A stretch of DNA of 64,000 nt from an uncultured Gammaproteobacteria bacterium (GTDB taxonomy: Bacteria > Pseudomonadota > Gammaproteobacteria > Eutrophobiales > Eutrophobiaceae), in NCBI GenBank assembly GCA_938084745.1, contig CALKEZ010000001.1:1127-65126 (forward strand), given 5' to 3'. The translations under genes were made by a program, and so were the position numbers. Positions 12,069 to 21,793 of this stretch are shown here, one piece after another (position 1 is the first letter of the stretch; each line of letters begins with the position of its first letter). The notes under the pieces were generated by a model. The model was given only the letters and a program-made list of their open reading frames with translations. It did no database searches and was not told the DNA's origin.

Positions 12069-13396
12069 GTGTCGATCTCGAACACTATATTAATGATTTC
12101 GAACAGCTTCAGAAAAATGACAACTGGTTTTCTGAGCAACGTCAGTCTGCATTAAATCTGTTTAAAGAAACCGGCTTTCCAAGTTCAAGACAGGAAGACT
12201 GGAGATATACAGACGTACGGCCGATCGCGAGAAAGAATTTTTCCAATATTCATCAACATGCAGTATCACTCAGCACTCAAGAGGTTGATGCCGTGCGATT
12301 TCAGGGACTGGATTGCATAGAGCTGGTTTTCATTAATGGCGTCTTTTGCAAGGAGCACTCGCAGCTAAAAGATTTACCTGCAAACGTAATTGTTGAAAAC
12401 ATGGCAGATGCTTTGGAAAAAGATGATGCACTGTTAGCCAAACATCTGACTCAACATGCGGATAATAATGTCAGCCCTTTTACCGCATTGAATACCGCAT
12501 TTATTCAACATGGCACCTATATTCAGGTACCGAAGAATACCGTCATTGAAAAGCCGATTAATATTTTATATTTGTCCAGGGGTGATACGAGTCCATTTGC
12601 GACGCACCCGAGAAACCTGATCATCATGGCTGAACACTCGGAAGCCACCGTGATAGAAAGTTATATTGGAATTGACGAGGGTGATTACTTTACTAACGCT
12701 GTGACTGAAGTTGTTTTATCTGCTGATGCTATTCTCAAGCATTATAAGGTACAGCAAGAAAGTTTGAATGCGTATCATGTTGGCAACCTGAATGTTGTCC
12801 ATGGAAAAAACAGTAAGCTTGAGTCTCATTCAATCTCACTGGGTGGCTCTTTGGTTCGAAACGATATTCATAGTCAACTTGCTGCAGAAGGCGCCGAGAT
12901 AGTCATGAACGGTTTATACATGACGACTGACAAGCAACATGTTGATAACCACACCCGTGTTGATCATCTCAAACCAAATACCTTTAGCACTGAAAATTAC
13001 CGCGGCATTCTGAATGGTAAAAGTCGTGCTGTATTTAATGGCAAGGTGATAGTACATAAGGATGCGCAAAAGATTGAAGCTCATCAAAACAACGCCAACC
13101 TGTTGTTATCAAATGATGCCGAGATTGATACCAAGCCCGAACTTGAGATTTATGCGGATGATGTAAAGTGCAGTCATGGCGCAACTGTCGGACAGCTAGA
13201 CCAAAACATGTTGTTCTATTTACGTTCGCGCGCAATTGATGAAGAAACAGCACGCAGCCTGCTAACCTATGCCTTCGCCGATGAATTGATAAGTAATATA
13301 AGCTTTACACCGATTAGAAACCGTCTTGAACGTCTCGTAATCGGTCAACTACCCGACGCTGCATTAATTCGTGAGTTTACTAATGAACAATCCTGA
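12065..13396 (+). CDS. sufD: Fe-S assembly protein SufD
   Basis: EDWRYTD and [20 protein letters not shown] motifs; ATGA overlap with sufC. Confidence 0.97.
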   Translation: MSVDLEHYINDFEQLQKNDNWFSEQRQSALNLFKETGFPSSRQEDWRYTDVRPIARKNFSNIHQHAVSLSTQEVDAVRFQGLDCIELVFINGVFCKEHSQLKDLPANVIVENMADALEKDDALLAKHLTQHADNNVSPFTALNTAFIQHGTYIQVPKNTVIEKPINILYLSRGDTSPFATHPRNLIIMAEHSEATVIESYIGIDEGDYFTNAVTEVVLSADAILKHYKVQQESLNAYHVGNLNVVHGKNSKLESHSISLGGSLVRNDIHSQLAAEGAEIVMNGLYMTTDKQHVDNHTRVDHLKPNTFSTENYRGILNGKSRAVFNGKVIVHKDAQKIEAHQNNANLLLSNDAEIDTKPELEIYADDVKCSHGATVGQLDQNMLFYLRSRAIDEETARSLLTYAFADELISNISFTPIRNRLERLVIGQLPDAALIREFTNEQS

Positions 13397-14645
13397 GCCT
13401 GCAAACAATATGCTTGATAACATATCCCGTTTTGATGTGGAAAAAGTGCGTGCTGATTTTCCAATATTAAAACAGCAAATACATGGCAAACCACTGGTTT
13501 ATCTTGATAATGCCGCGACCGCACAAAAACCAAAACAGGTTATCGATGTTATAAGCACATACTACCGTGAAACTAATTCCAATATTCATCGTGGTGTACA
13601 TAGCCTCAGTGAAAAAGCGACCGCGGAATATGAAGCCGCTCGCGACAAGGTTAAACAGTTTATAAATGCCGCCTCTACTAAAGAGATTATTTTTGTGCGT
13701 GGCGCTACTGAAGCCATTAACCTGGTTGCACAAAGCCTCGGGCGTAACACGCTAACGGCGGGTGATGAAATCATCATTACTGAACTTGAACATCATTCGA
13801 ACATTGTTCCCTGGCAAATTCTAAGTCAGCAAACAGGTGCTACTTTAAAATATATTCCGATAAATGATGCTGGCGAATTGATGCTGGAGGAATATGAAAA
13901 ACTGCTCAGTGATAAAACCCGTATCGTTGCCGTTGGTCATATCTCTAACGCGCTGGGAACCATCAACCCGATCAAAACCATTATTGATAAAGCACATGCA
14001 GTAGGTGCCAAGGTACTGGTCGATGGGGCACAAGCCGTTCCACATACAACAGTCGATGTAACAGAATTAAATTGTGACTTCTACGCTTTCTCGGGTCATA
14101 AACTCTTCGGTCCGACAGGTATTGGCGTACTCTATGGTAAAGAAGCCTTGTTAGAATCCATGCCGCCCTATCAGGGTGGTGGCGACATGATCCAGATGGT
14201 CACCATGAAAGAGAGTAGCTATAACTCGCTGCCTTATAAATTTGAAGCAGGCACGCCACATATCGCGGGGGTCATTGGTCTTGGTGCAGCAATTGATTAT
14301 GTGAATGAGCTTGGCCTCGATGCCGCAGCTCAATACGAACATGAACTACTTCTCTATGCTAGCGAACAGGCCACTCAAGTCGACGGATTAAACTTGGTTG
14401 GCACGGCAAAAAATAAAACCAGTATCCTTTCGTTCACACTGGACGGTATTCATCCACATGATATTGGCACCATACTCGATGGGGAAGGTGTTGCCATTCG
14501 AGCGGGACATCACTGTGCCATGCCGGTAATGGAACGGTTTAAAATTCCCGCTACAGCCAGAGCTTCGTTCGCTTTCTATAACACACGTGCAGAAATTGAT
14601 GTTTTATTTGAAGCCATCGAAAAATGTAAAAAGGTATTTAACTAA
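13383..14645 (+). CDS. sufS: Cysteine desulfurase SufS
   Basis: YLDNAAT, SGHK (PLP lysine) and RAGHHCA (group II catalytic Cys); exact start uncertain (13371, 13383 or 13410). Confidence 0.97.
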   Translation: MNNPEPANNMLDNISRFDVEKVRADFPILKQQIHGKPLVYLDNAATAQKPKQVIDVISTYYRETNSNIHRGVHSLSEKATAEYEAARDKVKQFINAASTKEIIFVRGATEAINLVAQSLGRNTLTAGDEIIITELEHHSNIVPWQILSQQTGATLKYIPINDAGELMLEEYEKLLSDKTRIVAVGHISNALGTINPIKTIIDKAHAVGAKVLVDGAQAVPHTTVDVTELNCDFYAFSGHKLFGPTGIGVLYGKEALLESMPPYQGGGDMIQMVTMKESSYNSLPYKFEAGTPHIAGVIGLGAAIDYVNELGLDAAAQYEHELLLYASEQATQVDGLNLVGTAKNKTSILSFTLDGIHPHDIGTILDGEGVAIRAGHHCAMPVMERFKIPATARASFAFYNTRAEIDVLFEAIEKCKKVFN

Positions 14646-15091
14646 TGTTTGATATAAAAGATTTATATCAGGAAGTCATTGTCGATCATAACCGCAGTCC
14701 GCGTAATTTTGGCAAACTCGATGATGCCGATACAACACTGGAGGGTTTCAACCCGCTCTGTGGCGATAAACTCACCCTCTATCTCAAGACTGACGGTGAA
14801 AATATCAGCGACATTGCGTTTGATGGTTCCGGTTGTGCTATCTCAGTTGCTTCAGCTTCATTGATGACCGATGCCATGAAGGGCAAGTCATTAGAGGAAG
14901 CCGAAAAACTGTTTAATGAATTTCATAAACTCGTCACGACAGATGATGAGTATGATGCCGAGTACCTGGGAAAACTGGCCGCACTAGCTGGCGTTAAAGA
15001 TTACCCCGCAAGAGTCAAATGCGCTTCACTCTGCTGGCATACATTACATTCAGCGCTACACGGCGAGAATACGCCCGTTAAAACAGAATAA
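14645..15091 (+). CDS. sufU: SUF system NifU-family protein SufU
   Basis: NPLCGD, GCAIS and RVKCA, with the SufU-type insertion before the third Cys. Confidence 0.93.
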   Translation: MFDIKDLYQEVIVDHNRSPRNFGKLDDADTTLEGFNPLCGDKLTLYLKTDGENISDIAFDGSGCAISVASASLMTDAMKGKSLEEAEKLFNEFHKLVTTDDEYDAEYLGKLAALAGVKDYPARVKCASLCWHTLHSALHGENTPVKTE

Positions 15092-15101
15092 GAGAAGAAT
15101 C

Positions 15102-15659
15102 ATGCAGGAAAATAAACCCATCACTTTAGAACGCGATTGCGATGCTGTTTTAATCCCGGTCGGTACACCGATAGAGTTACCCGAAGGTACAGTCGTGTTA
15201 ATCACTCAGGCACTCGGTGGCAGTTACACGGTTAATGTTAATGGTAATCTGGCACGCATCGATGCAAAAAATGCCGACGCGCTAGGTTTTGAAGTAGAAA
15301 CTCGGGCAGACGAGAATATCGCTAAAGAGTTGACCGGCGATGGCACTGTTGATGAAGACCTGGTCTGGGATCAGTTAAGAACTTGCTATGATCCGGAAAT
15401 ACCGATCAATATCGTTGAGTTGGGACTGATCTATGAATGTGATATCACCCCGCTAGGCGCAGATGGTAATCAAGTCGATATTGTCATGACGTTGACAGCG
15501 GCTGGATGTGGCATGGGCGATTTTCTGGCTGATGACGTGCGTTCGAAGATATTAGCTGTACCCAATGTTACCCGAGTAAATGTCAGTGTGACCTTCGAGC
15601 CACCCTGGAGTCAGGAAATGATGTCTGAGGCGGCACGATTAGAAACGGGAATGTATTAA
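15102..15659 (+). CDS. sufT: Fe-S assembly protein SufT (DUF59)
   Basis: ITQALGGSYTV N-domain, DPEIPINIVELGL and TLTAAGCGMG. Confidence 0.92.
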   Translation: MQENKPITLERDCDAVLIPVGTPIELPEGTVVLITQALGGSYTVNVNGNLARIDAKNADALGFEVETRADENIAKELTGDGTVDEDLVWDQLRTCYDPEIPINIVELGLIYECDITPLGADGNQVDIVMTLTAAGCGMGDFLADDVRSKILAVPNVTRVNVSVTFEPPWSQEMMSEAARLETGMY

Positions 15660-15804
15660 TCAAATTAAGGTGAAACGCACGTTCTGAATTTCTCTTTATA
15701 GCCGCCCATGTTTCATCTTTTTTGCACTTCGAAAAACAATTCTAATGCTATCGTCTGAAAAATTAATAAACGTAATATAACTAGATCCGATGAGGAATGA
15801 TTAA

Positions 15805-16143
15805 ATGGCTGGTTGGTTTGATGTGGCACCGGAAACAGAACTCTTGCCAGGACAGGCAAAATTAATTGATGTGGATAATGTCATGATCGCTGTTTTTAAT
15901 CTGGACGGTGAGTATTATGCTATCGAAGATGTATGCACCCATGATGGCTCACCGATGCTCGGTTGTGGTCTCGATCCAAAACAGGTCATCGATGGTGCCG
16001 AAATCATTTGCCCGCGTCATGGCGCACGTTTTTGTGTGAAAACGGGTGAAGCACTGACACCGCCCGCCTATGAGCCAACCACCACGTTTCCTGTCAGAGT
16101 AAATGAGGGAATGGTGCAGGTTACAGACGACCGTTGGGACTAA
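15805..16143 (+). CDS. Rieske-type [2Fe-2S] ferredoxin
   Basis: CTH and CPRH Rieske boxes; GAGG RBS upstream. Confidence 0.9.
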   Translation: MAGWFDVAPETELLPGQAKLIDVDNVMIAVFNLDGEYYAIEDVCTHDGSPMLGCGLDPKQVIDGAEIICPRHGARFCVKTGEALTPPAYEPTTTFPVRVNEGMVQVTDDRWD

Positions 16144-16300
16144 TTACACAAAATTCCAGCCTTTAATGAGCTTTTTAAGCTAGATAACTGCTTTTTATAC
16201 AAAAAAAAGCCTTTTCACAATTTCACCTGAAGTCGCTAACACGTATAATTCGCGATTTTTTATACTTAATAATAAGAACTGTCCAAGGAGATTTGGCTGC

Positions 16301-16747
16301 ATGGCACTTGAAAGAACACTCACTATAATTAAACCCGACGCGGTAGCTTCGGATTTCACCGGCAAAATATTAGCAATGATAGAAGACGCCGGACTGCATA
16401 TTATTGCTGCAAAAATGTTACATTTAAGCAGCCAAAAGACGGACGAGCTGTACGCTGAACATAAGGAGCGTTCATTTTATCCGGCATTAAAAGAATTTAT
16501 GGTCTCTGGCCCGGTCATGGTGCTTGCGCTGGAAGGCGAAGATGCTGTTACAACACTTCGTAATATCATGGGTGCAACTGTACCTAAGGAAGCAGAGGTA
16601 GGCACAATTCGTAATCTATATGCTGAACATGAATTTGTTGGAGGTGTACTTGAAAATGCCATACATGGATCAGACAGTGTTGAAAGTGCTAAAAAGGAAA
16701 TTGACTTTTTCTTCAAAGCTGATGAAATTTGCCCAAGAACACGCTAA
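16301..16747 (+). CDS. ndk: Nucleoside diphosphate kinase
   Basis: ERTLTIIKPDAV and NAIHGSDS; AGGAG RBS and a TATAAT upstream. Confidence 0.97.
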   Translation: MALERTLTIIKPDAVASDFTGKILAMIEDAGLHIIAAKMLHLSSQKTDELYAEHKERSFYPALKEFMVSGPVMVLALEGEDAVTTLRNIMGATVPKEAEVGTIRNLYAEHEFVGGVLENAIHGSDSVESAKKEIDFFFKADEICPRTR

Positions 16748-16753
16748 GAAAAC

Positions 16754-17842
16754 ATGACTGAAAAAACCAATCTTCTTGATTACGACCTGAAATCTCTGGA
16801 ATCTTATTTCAATGAGATTGGCGATAAGTCTTTTCGTGCGCGACAAGTTATTAAATGGATATACCATCACGGTGTTGTTGACTACCAGTCAATGACTAAC
16901 CTGAGTAAGAGTTTACGCAGCAATCTCGAAGAAAATACAATTATTAAACTGCCGGAAATTGTCACCGAGCAGCGATCTGAAGATGGCACTCGCAAGTGGC
17001 TGATCCGGGTCGATAATAAAAATTCTGTTGAGACCGTGTTTATCCCGGAGAATGATCGTGGCACCTTATGTATCTCGTCACAGGTAGGGTGCCCTCTCGA
17101 TTGCAAATTTTGTTCAACCGCTCAGCAGGGCTTCAATCGCAATCTCACTACCAGTGAAATCATTGGTCAGGTATGGATTGCTAATCAGGCACTGGGTTGT
17201 TTTGAAAGCGGCAAACGCCTCATTACGAATATCGTCTTTATGGGGATGGGAGAACCATTACTCAACTATAACAATGTACTGAAAACCATAAATCTATTAA
17301 CGGATGATCTGGCCTTCGGTCTTGCCCGTCGGCGTGTCACGGTCAGTACCTCGGGCATCATTCCGGAAATTGAACGATTAAAAGACGATACCAATGTCAG
17401 CCTGGCAATCTCTTTACATGCCAGTAACAATGAACTTAGAAATAACATCGTACCCATAAATCGTTCATACCCACTGAACGATCTTTTAGCCGCCTGCAAG
17501 CGCTATTCTGAAGGCAGGGATAATGAGACTGTTACCATAGAGTACGTCATGCTCAATGGTGTTAATGACGGTTTGCAAGATGCACGCGACCTTGTTAAAT
17601 GCTTACATGACTTACCGGCCAAGGTTAATTTAATCCCGTTTAACAAATTCCCGGGGACAAATTATACTTGTTCAGATCAGAATACGATTAATGCATTCAG
17701 GGATATATTAATCAAGGCTGGCATAGTGACTATTACGCGTAAAACTCGTGGTGATGATATTGATGCGGCTTGCGGGCAACTGGTGGGAAAAGTCTCAGCC
17801 AAAGCAGCAAGACATCAAAAAACCTCGGCGGGACAGATCTAG
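16754..17842 (+). CDS. rlmN: 23S rRNA/tRNA m2A methyltransferase RlmN (radical SAM)
   Basis: CISSQVGCPLDCKFC, MGMGEP and DIDAACGQL. Confidence 0.97.
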   Translation: MTEKTNLLDYDLKSLESYFNEIGDKSFRARQVIKWIYHHGVVDYQSMTNLSKSLRSNLEENTIIKLPEIVTEQRSEDGTRKWLIRVDNKNSVETVFIPENDRGTLCISSQVGCPLDCKFCSTAQQGFNRNLTTSEIIGQVWIANQALGCFESGKRLITNIVFMGMGEPLLNYNNVLKTINLLTDDLAFGLARRRVTVSTSGIIPEIERLKDDTNVSLAISLHASNNELRNNIVPINRSYPLNDLLAACKRYSEGRDNETVTIEYVMLNGVNDGLQDARDLVKCLHDLPAKVNLIPFNKFPGTNYTCSDQNTINAFRDILIKAGIVTITRKTRGDDIDAACGQLVGKVSAKAARHQKTSAGQI

Positions 17843-18618
17843 TGCATATTATCAGACAAAAAATTATTCTGCTGTTAACCGCTTTAATAGTTGTTGCCGG
17901 CTGCAATCAGGTCGGAACGTCGAATAACAATATCCGCGCATCGCAAACAACCAATGAGATCGCCGCCGCTAATCTTGATCTTGGTATTGAGTATATGAAA
18001 CAGGGTGCCTATGAAAATGCATTAAAGAACCTGGAAAAAGCAAAACAAGCCGATCCGGCTTATGCACCAACATACAACGTGTTGGGTTTACTCTACCAGC
18101 GACTTGGCGATACTAAAAAAGCTGAAGATAATTTCAAGCGTGCACTTGGCTTAAACAGTTCCGACTCATCAACACTAAACAACTATGGTAGTTTTTTATG
18201 CCAGCAAGACAGACTGGAAGAAGCAGAAAAAACTTTCTTAAAAGCTGCCGACAACCCGCTCTATGAGTATCCGGAAATTGCCATCACCAATGCCGGCTTA
18301 TGTCTTTATAATAATCAACGCGAGAAGGAGGCGGAAAACTATTTTCGACAGGCGCTGAAATTAAACCCGAGCATGCCGCAGGCGCTTATCAAAATGTGTG
18401 AAATATCGTTCAATACTCCCAACTATCTTTCAGCAAGAGCATACCTGCAACGTTACCAGCAAGTTGCTCGGCACACAGCAAGAAGCCTCTGGCTGGGAAT
18501 ACAAATAGAACAAGAGCTTGGTGATAAAGATGCGGTTTCGAGTTATATATTGCTTCTGAAAAACACTTATCCGGATTCTAAAGAAGCCGCTTTATTACAG
18601 CAATCAAGGATTCGATAA
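17842..18618 (+). CDS. pilW: Type IV pilus biogenesis/stability TPR lipoprotein PilW/PilF
   Basis: Lipobox VAGC, TPR repeats with NNYG.FLC; GTG at 17842 overlaps the rlmN stop; synteny. Confidence 0.9.
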   Translation: MHIIRQKIILLLTALIVVAGCNQVGTSNNNIRASQTTNEIAAANLDLGIEYMKQGAYENALKNLEKAKQADPAYAPTYNVLGLLYQRLGDTKKAEDNFKRALGLNSSDSSTLNNYGSFLCQQDRLEEAEKTFLKAADNPLYEYPEIAITNAGLCLYNNQREKEAENYFRQALKLNPSMPQALIKMCEISFNTPNYLSARAYLQRYQQVARHTARSLWLGIQIEQELGDKDAVSSYILLLKNTYPDSKEAALLQQSRIR

Positions 18619-19544
18619 TGACTGAGAACTTATCTAATGAAAACAACGTCAATGCATATGAAACACCAGGACAAATATTACGTGGCCGACGTGAAGAATT
18701 AAATTTATCGCTGCAAGATATCACCAAACAAATACACCTCGATATTTCTGTATTAGAAGCGATAGAACAAGACGTAAATGATGGCATGCCTGCAGCGACT
18801 TATGTACGGGGTTATTTGCGTAGCTACGCCAAGATAGTCGGTGCCGATGCAGATCATATCATTGCACTTTATAATTCTGATTCACCCCCATCACCACCGG
18901 ATATATTGCCTGAGGTAAAACCACCAACGCAGGTCAGTAGCAGTGACAAACCGGTTAAGGCATTTACGTATCTGCTCACATTAGCACTCGTGCTGTTATT
19001 GTTAATCTGGTACCAAAGTAATTTTATCGTCGATACTTCTGCGACTAACGAGCCGGAAAATTATAATAGCGAGCATGTGATTAACGGAGTTGATGTCACC
19101 TATGATGTTATCAAACACCCTGATTCATGGCAGTCACCCAAATACACGTCAGAAAAACAACCGGCTCCTGAAGTACTTGATTCAACATCAGTAAATGAAG
19201 ATGAAATGCTTGAACTCCAAACCGATGATGGTGAAGAAACGCTGGGATTAATCTCAATAGCCGGGATAGAGAATAAAACACCTCTAGCCACTACCGGAGC
19301 CGGACCCGATAGCATCGATTTAACACTAACACGAGATTCCTGGATTGAAATTCATGATGCCAATAATGAACGTATTTTTCACGACCTTGCACTTGGTGGA
19401 GAGCATTACTCAATTAAAGGCAGCGCGCCTTTTAAAATATTGTTTGGGTTTTCGCCCGGCGTCAGCATGAAGTTTAATGGCAAGGACTTTGATCATTCGC
19501 GCTATTCCAATAACGGCATTGCCCGATTCAAACTACCTGAATAA
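18618..19544 (+). CDS. rodZ: Cell shape protein RodZ
   Basis: N-terminal HTH (YVRGYLRSYAKIVG), single TM, C-terminal DUF4115-like 'SWIEIHDA'. Confidence 0.9.
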   Translation: MTENLSNENNVNAYETPGQILRGRREELNLSLQDITKQIHLDISVLEAIEQDVNDGMPAATYVRGYLRSYAKIVGADADHIIALYNSDSPPSPPDILPEVKPPTQVSSSDKPVKAFTYLLTLALVLLLLIWYQSNFIVDTSATNEPENYNSEHVINGVDVTYDVIKHPDSWQSPKYTSEKQPAPEVLDSTSVNEDEMLELQTDDGEETLGLISIAGIENKTPLATTGAGPDSIDLTLTRDSWIEIHDANNERIFHDLALGGEHYSIKGSAPFKILFGFSPGVSMKFNGKDFDHSRYSNNGIARFKLPE

Positions 19545-19625
19545 TAATTTGCATTATTCATAATACGATTTCATTTCGATACTGCTAAATTGCGACTTTA
19601 TTAACAGGGTTTTGGAGACTTTTTG

Positions 19626-20894
19626 ATGGCTAAGATACAAGCGATTCGTGGTATGCATGACATACTCATGCATGACACTCCGCGCTGGCAATTTCTCGAG
19701 GAATCCATCAAAGCCATCCTCCATCAATATGCTTATCAGGAAATCCGCCTGCCTGTGGTGGAAAAAACCGAACTGTTTAAACGTTCGATCGGTGATAACA
19801 CCGATATTGTTTCCAAAGAGATGTACAGCTTCAATGATCGCAACGAAACCAGTTTGACCTTGAGACCAGAAGGGACAGCCGGTTGCGTACGCGCTGGCAT
19901 TGAACATGGTTTGTTTCATAATCAAACTCAACGGCTTTGGTATATTGGCCCCATGTTTCGACATGAACGACCTCAAAAAGGACGCCAACGACAATTTCAT
20001 CAAATTGGTGTTGAAGCATTCGGCTTTGCTGGTCCGGATATTGATGCCGAACAAATACTGATGTGCGCACGGCTATGGCGGGCATTAAACCTTAGCGACA
20101 TTAACCTGGAGTTAAATTCGCTTGGCACCAGTGAGTCACGCGCTAACTACAGGAAAATACTGGTTGATTATTTTTCAGCCCATAAAGACCAACTCGATGA
20201 TGACAGCCTGGTAAGACTGGAACAAAACCCGTTACGGATACTCGACAGTAAAAACCCGGACATGAAAACCTTGATCGGGCAATCACCGACACTGGCAGAA
20301 CATCTCGATACTGAATCGGCCGATCATTTTGCCGGTCTTAAGGCGATACTCGATAGTGCCGGAATCGAATACCAAGTGAATCCGAGGTTGGTCAGAGGTC
20401 TCGATTACTATGGCAAGACCGTATTTGAATGGACTACCCAGCAGCTCGGTGCACAAGGTACCGTTTGCGCCGGTGGTCGTTACGATGGGCTGGTCGAACA
20501 ACACGGTGCGTCGCCAACGGCGGCGGTCGGCTTTGCGATGGGTCTCGAACGCCTGCTGGAGTTAACTGATTTTAGCGCTATGCCCGATAAACACTCGCCG
20601 CATGTGTATCTGTTGTTATCGGGTGATCGTGCTGTTGAACGTGGTTTATTACTGGCTGAAGAACTTCGTAGCCAGTCACCCCGGCTCAGGATTTTAAGTC
20701 ATTGTGGTGGCGGCAGTTTAAAAAGCCAGTTCAAGAAGGCTGATAAATCAGGTGCTCAACTCGCTTTTGTACTGGGTGAGGACGAACTTGCGCAAAATCA
20801 GGTAACCATCAAGTTTTTACGTTCAGATGAGCCTCAAACCGCCATTAAGTGGTCAGAAATAGTCCATTTCCTCACTACGAAATTGTCGATTTAG
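19626..20894 (+). CDS. hisS: Histidyl-tRNA synthetase
   Basis: [24 protein letters not shown] and GGRYDGL. Confidence 0.98.
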   Translation: MAKIQAIRGMHDILMHDTPRWQFLEESIKAILHQYAYQEIRLPVVEKTELFKRSIGDNTDIVSKEMYSFNDRNETSLTLRPEGTAGCVRAGIEHGLFHNQTQRLWYIGPMFRHERPQKGRQRQFHQIGVEAFGFAGPDIDAEQILMCARLWRALNLSDINLELNSLGTSESRANYRKILVDYFSAHKDQLDDDSLVRLEQNPLRILDSKNPDMKTLIGQSPTLAEHLDTESADHFAGLKAILDSAGIEYQVNPRLVRGLDYYGKTVFEWTTQQLGAQGTVCAGGRYDGLVEQHGASPTAAVGFAMGLERLLELTDFSAMPDKHSPHVYLLLSGDRAVERGLLLAEELRSQSPRLRILSHCGGGSLKSQFKKADKSGAQLAFVLGEDELAQNQVTIKFLRSDEPQTAIKWSEIVHFLTTKLSI

Positions 20895-21159
20895 CTAAGC
20901 CCTGGAACTCGTGATTTTTTCCGGCGTTCTCGGTTGAGGGAGTTGCAAAGAGTTGCCGTATAAGGGTTAGATGATGATCCAAACCTCGCGATAACGCTAT
21001 CCGCGTGAGAAAAATGCATATTCGACGGTGATCTGCCGATAATTCGATAAATAAGTGCCTCTTAACACTAAACAAACGTAAAACCCACGTTATAATGTGC
21101 GCCCGCTACGGGTAGTGATCCCACGCCGAACATTCAAGTATTCCCAGGAGATTTTAGAA

Positions 21160-21792
21160 GTGGATGTCTACAAAACAGAAGAAGAACAAGTCGAGGCCAT
21201 TAAGAAATGGTGGCATGAAAACGGCAAATCAATTATCGCCGGTGTTGTCTTAGGCATAACCGCAATATTTGGCTGGCGCGCCTATGATAGCCATACCGCA
21301 CTTCAAGCTGAAGCAGCCTCAACACTATATGAACAAATGCTTGGTGCATCACGTGAAAATGATACGGAAAATACCCGTGTTTATGCCAATCGTATTCTTG
21401 ATGATTACAAGTCCGGCACCTATGCGGTATTTGCCAAGCTGATGCTGGCCAAAGTTGATGCTGAAGCGGGTAATCTCGATCAAGCAGAACAGGATTTACG
21501 CTGGGTATTACAGAAGAATTCTCAGCCTGAAATTGAACATATCGCTCGATTGCGACTGGTGCGGGTATTGATTGCGGCCAACAAGCTCGAACAGGCAATG
21601 GAAACGCTTAATATCGGCAAGCCGGGAGATTTCCTCGCCAGCTACGAAGAATTGCGCGGCGATATTTATGCCAAGCAAGGCAAGCCTGAGGAAGCAAGAA
21701 AAGCCTACGAAAAATCACTTTTCAACACGCCACCATCTGGAGAAGCACAATCTCTTTTAGAAATGAAACTTGATAATTTAGGTAGAAGTTAA
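21160..21792 (+). CDS. yfgM: YfgM family ancillary SecYEG translocon/TPR protein
   Basis: EEEQVEAIKKWW..NG, TM helix and TPR; likely start is GTG 21160 after AGGAG (21146-21150). Confidence 0.9.
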   Translation: MDVYKTEEEQVEAIKKWWHENGKSIIAGVVLGITAIFGWRAYDSHTALQAEAASTLYEQMLGASRENDTENTRVYANRILDDYKSGTYAVFAKLMLAKVDAEAGNLDQAEQDLRWVLQKNSQPEIEHIARLRLVRVLIAANKLEQAMETLNIGKPGDFLASYEELRGDIYAKQGKPEEARKAYEKSLFNTPPSGEAQSLLEMKLDNLGRS

Positions 21793-21793
21793 T

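Noticed and set aside
15666-15723. AAGGTGAAAC...GTTTCATCTT inverted repeat with T-run after sufT
   Set aside because: The loop of about 35 nt and the weak stem are insufficient to call a terminator or RNA element
16615-16660. Short insertion in Ndk before NAIHGSDS (EHEFVGGVLE)
   Set aside because: It is a variable surface loop and the catalytic residues are intact, so no functional inference is possible
21097-21159. Extended N-terminus of YfgM
   Set aside because: AGGAG followed by GTG at 21160 matches the conserved family start
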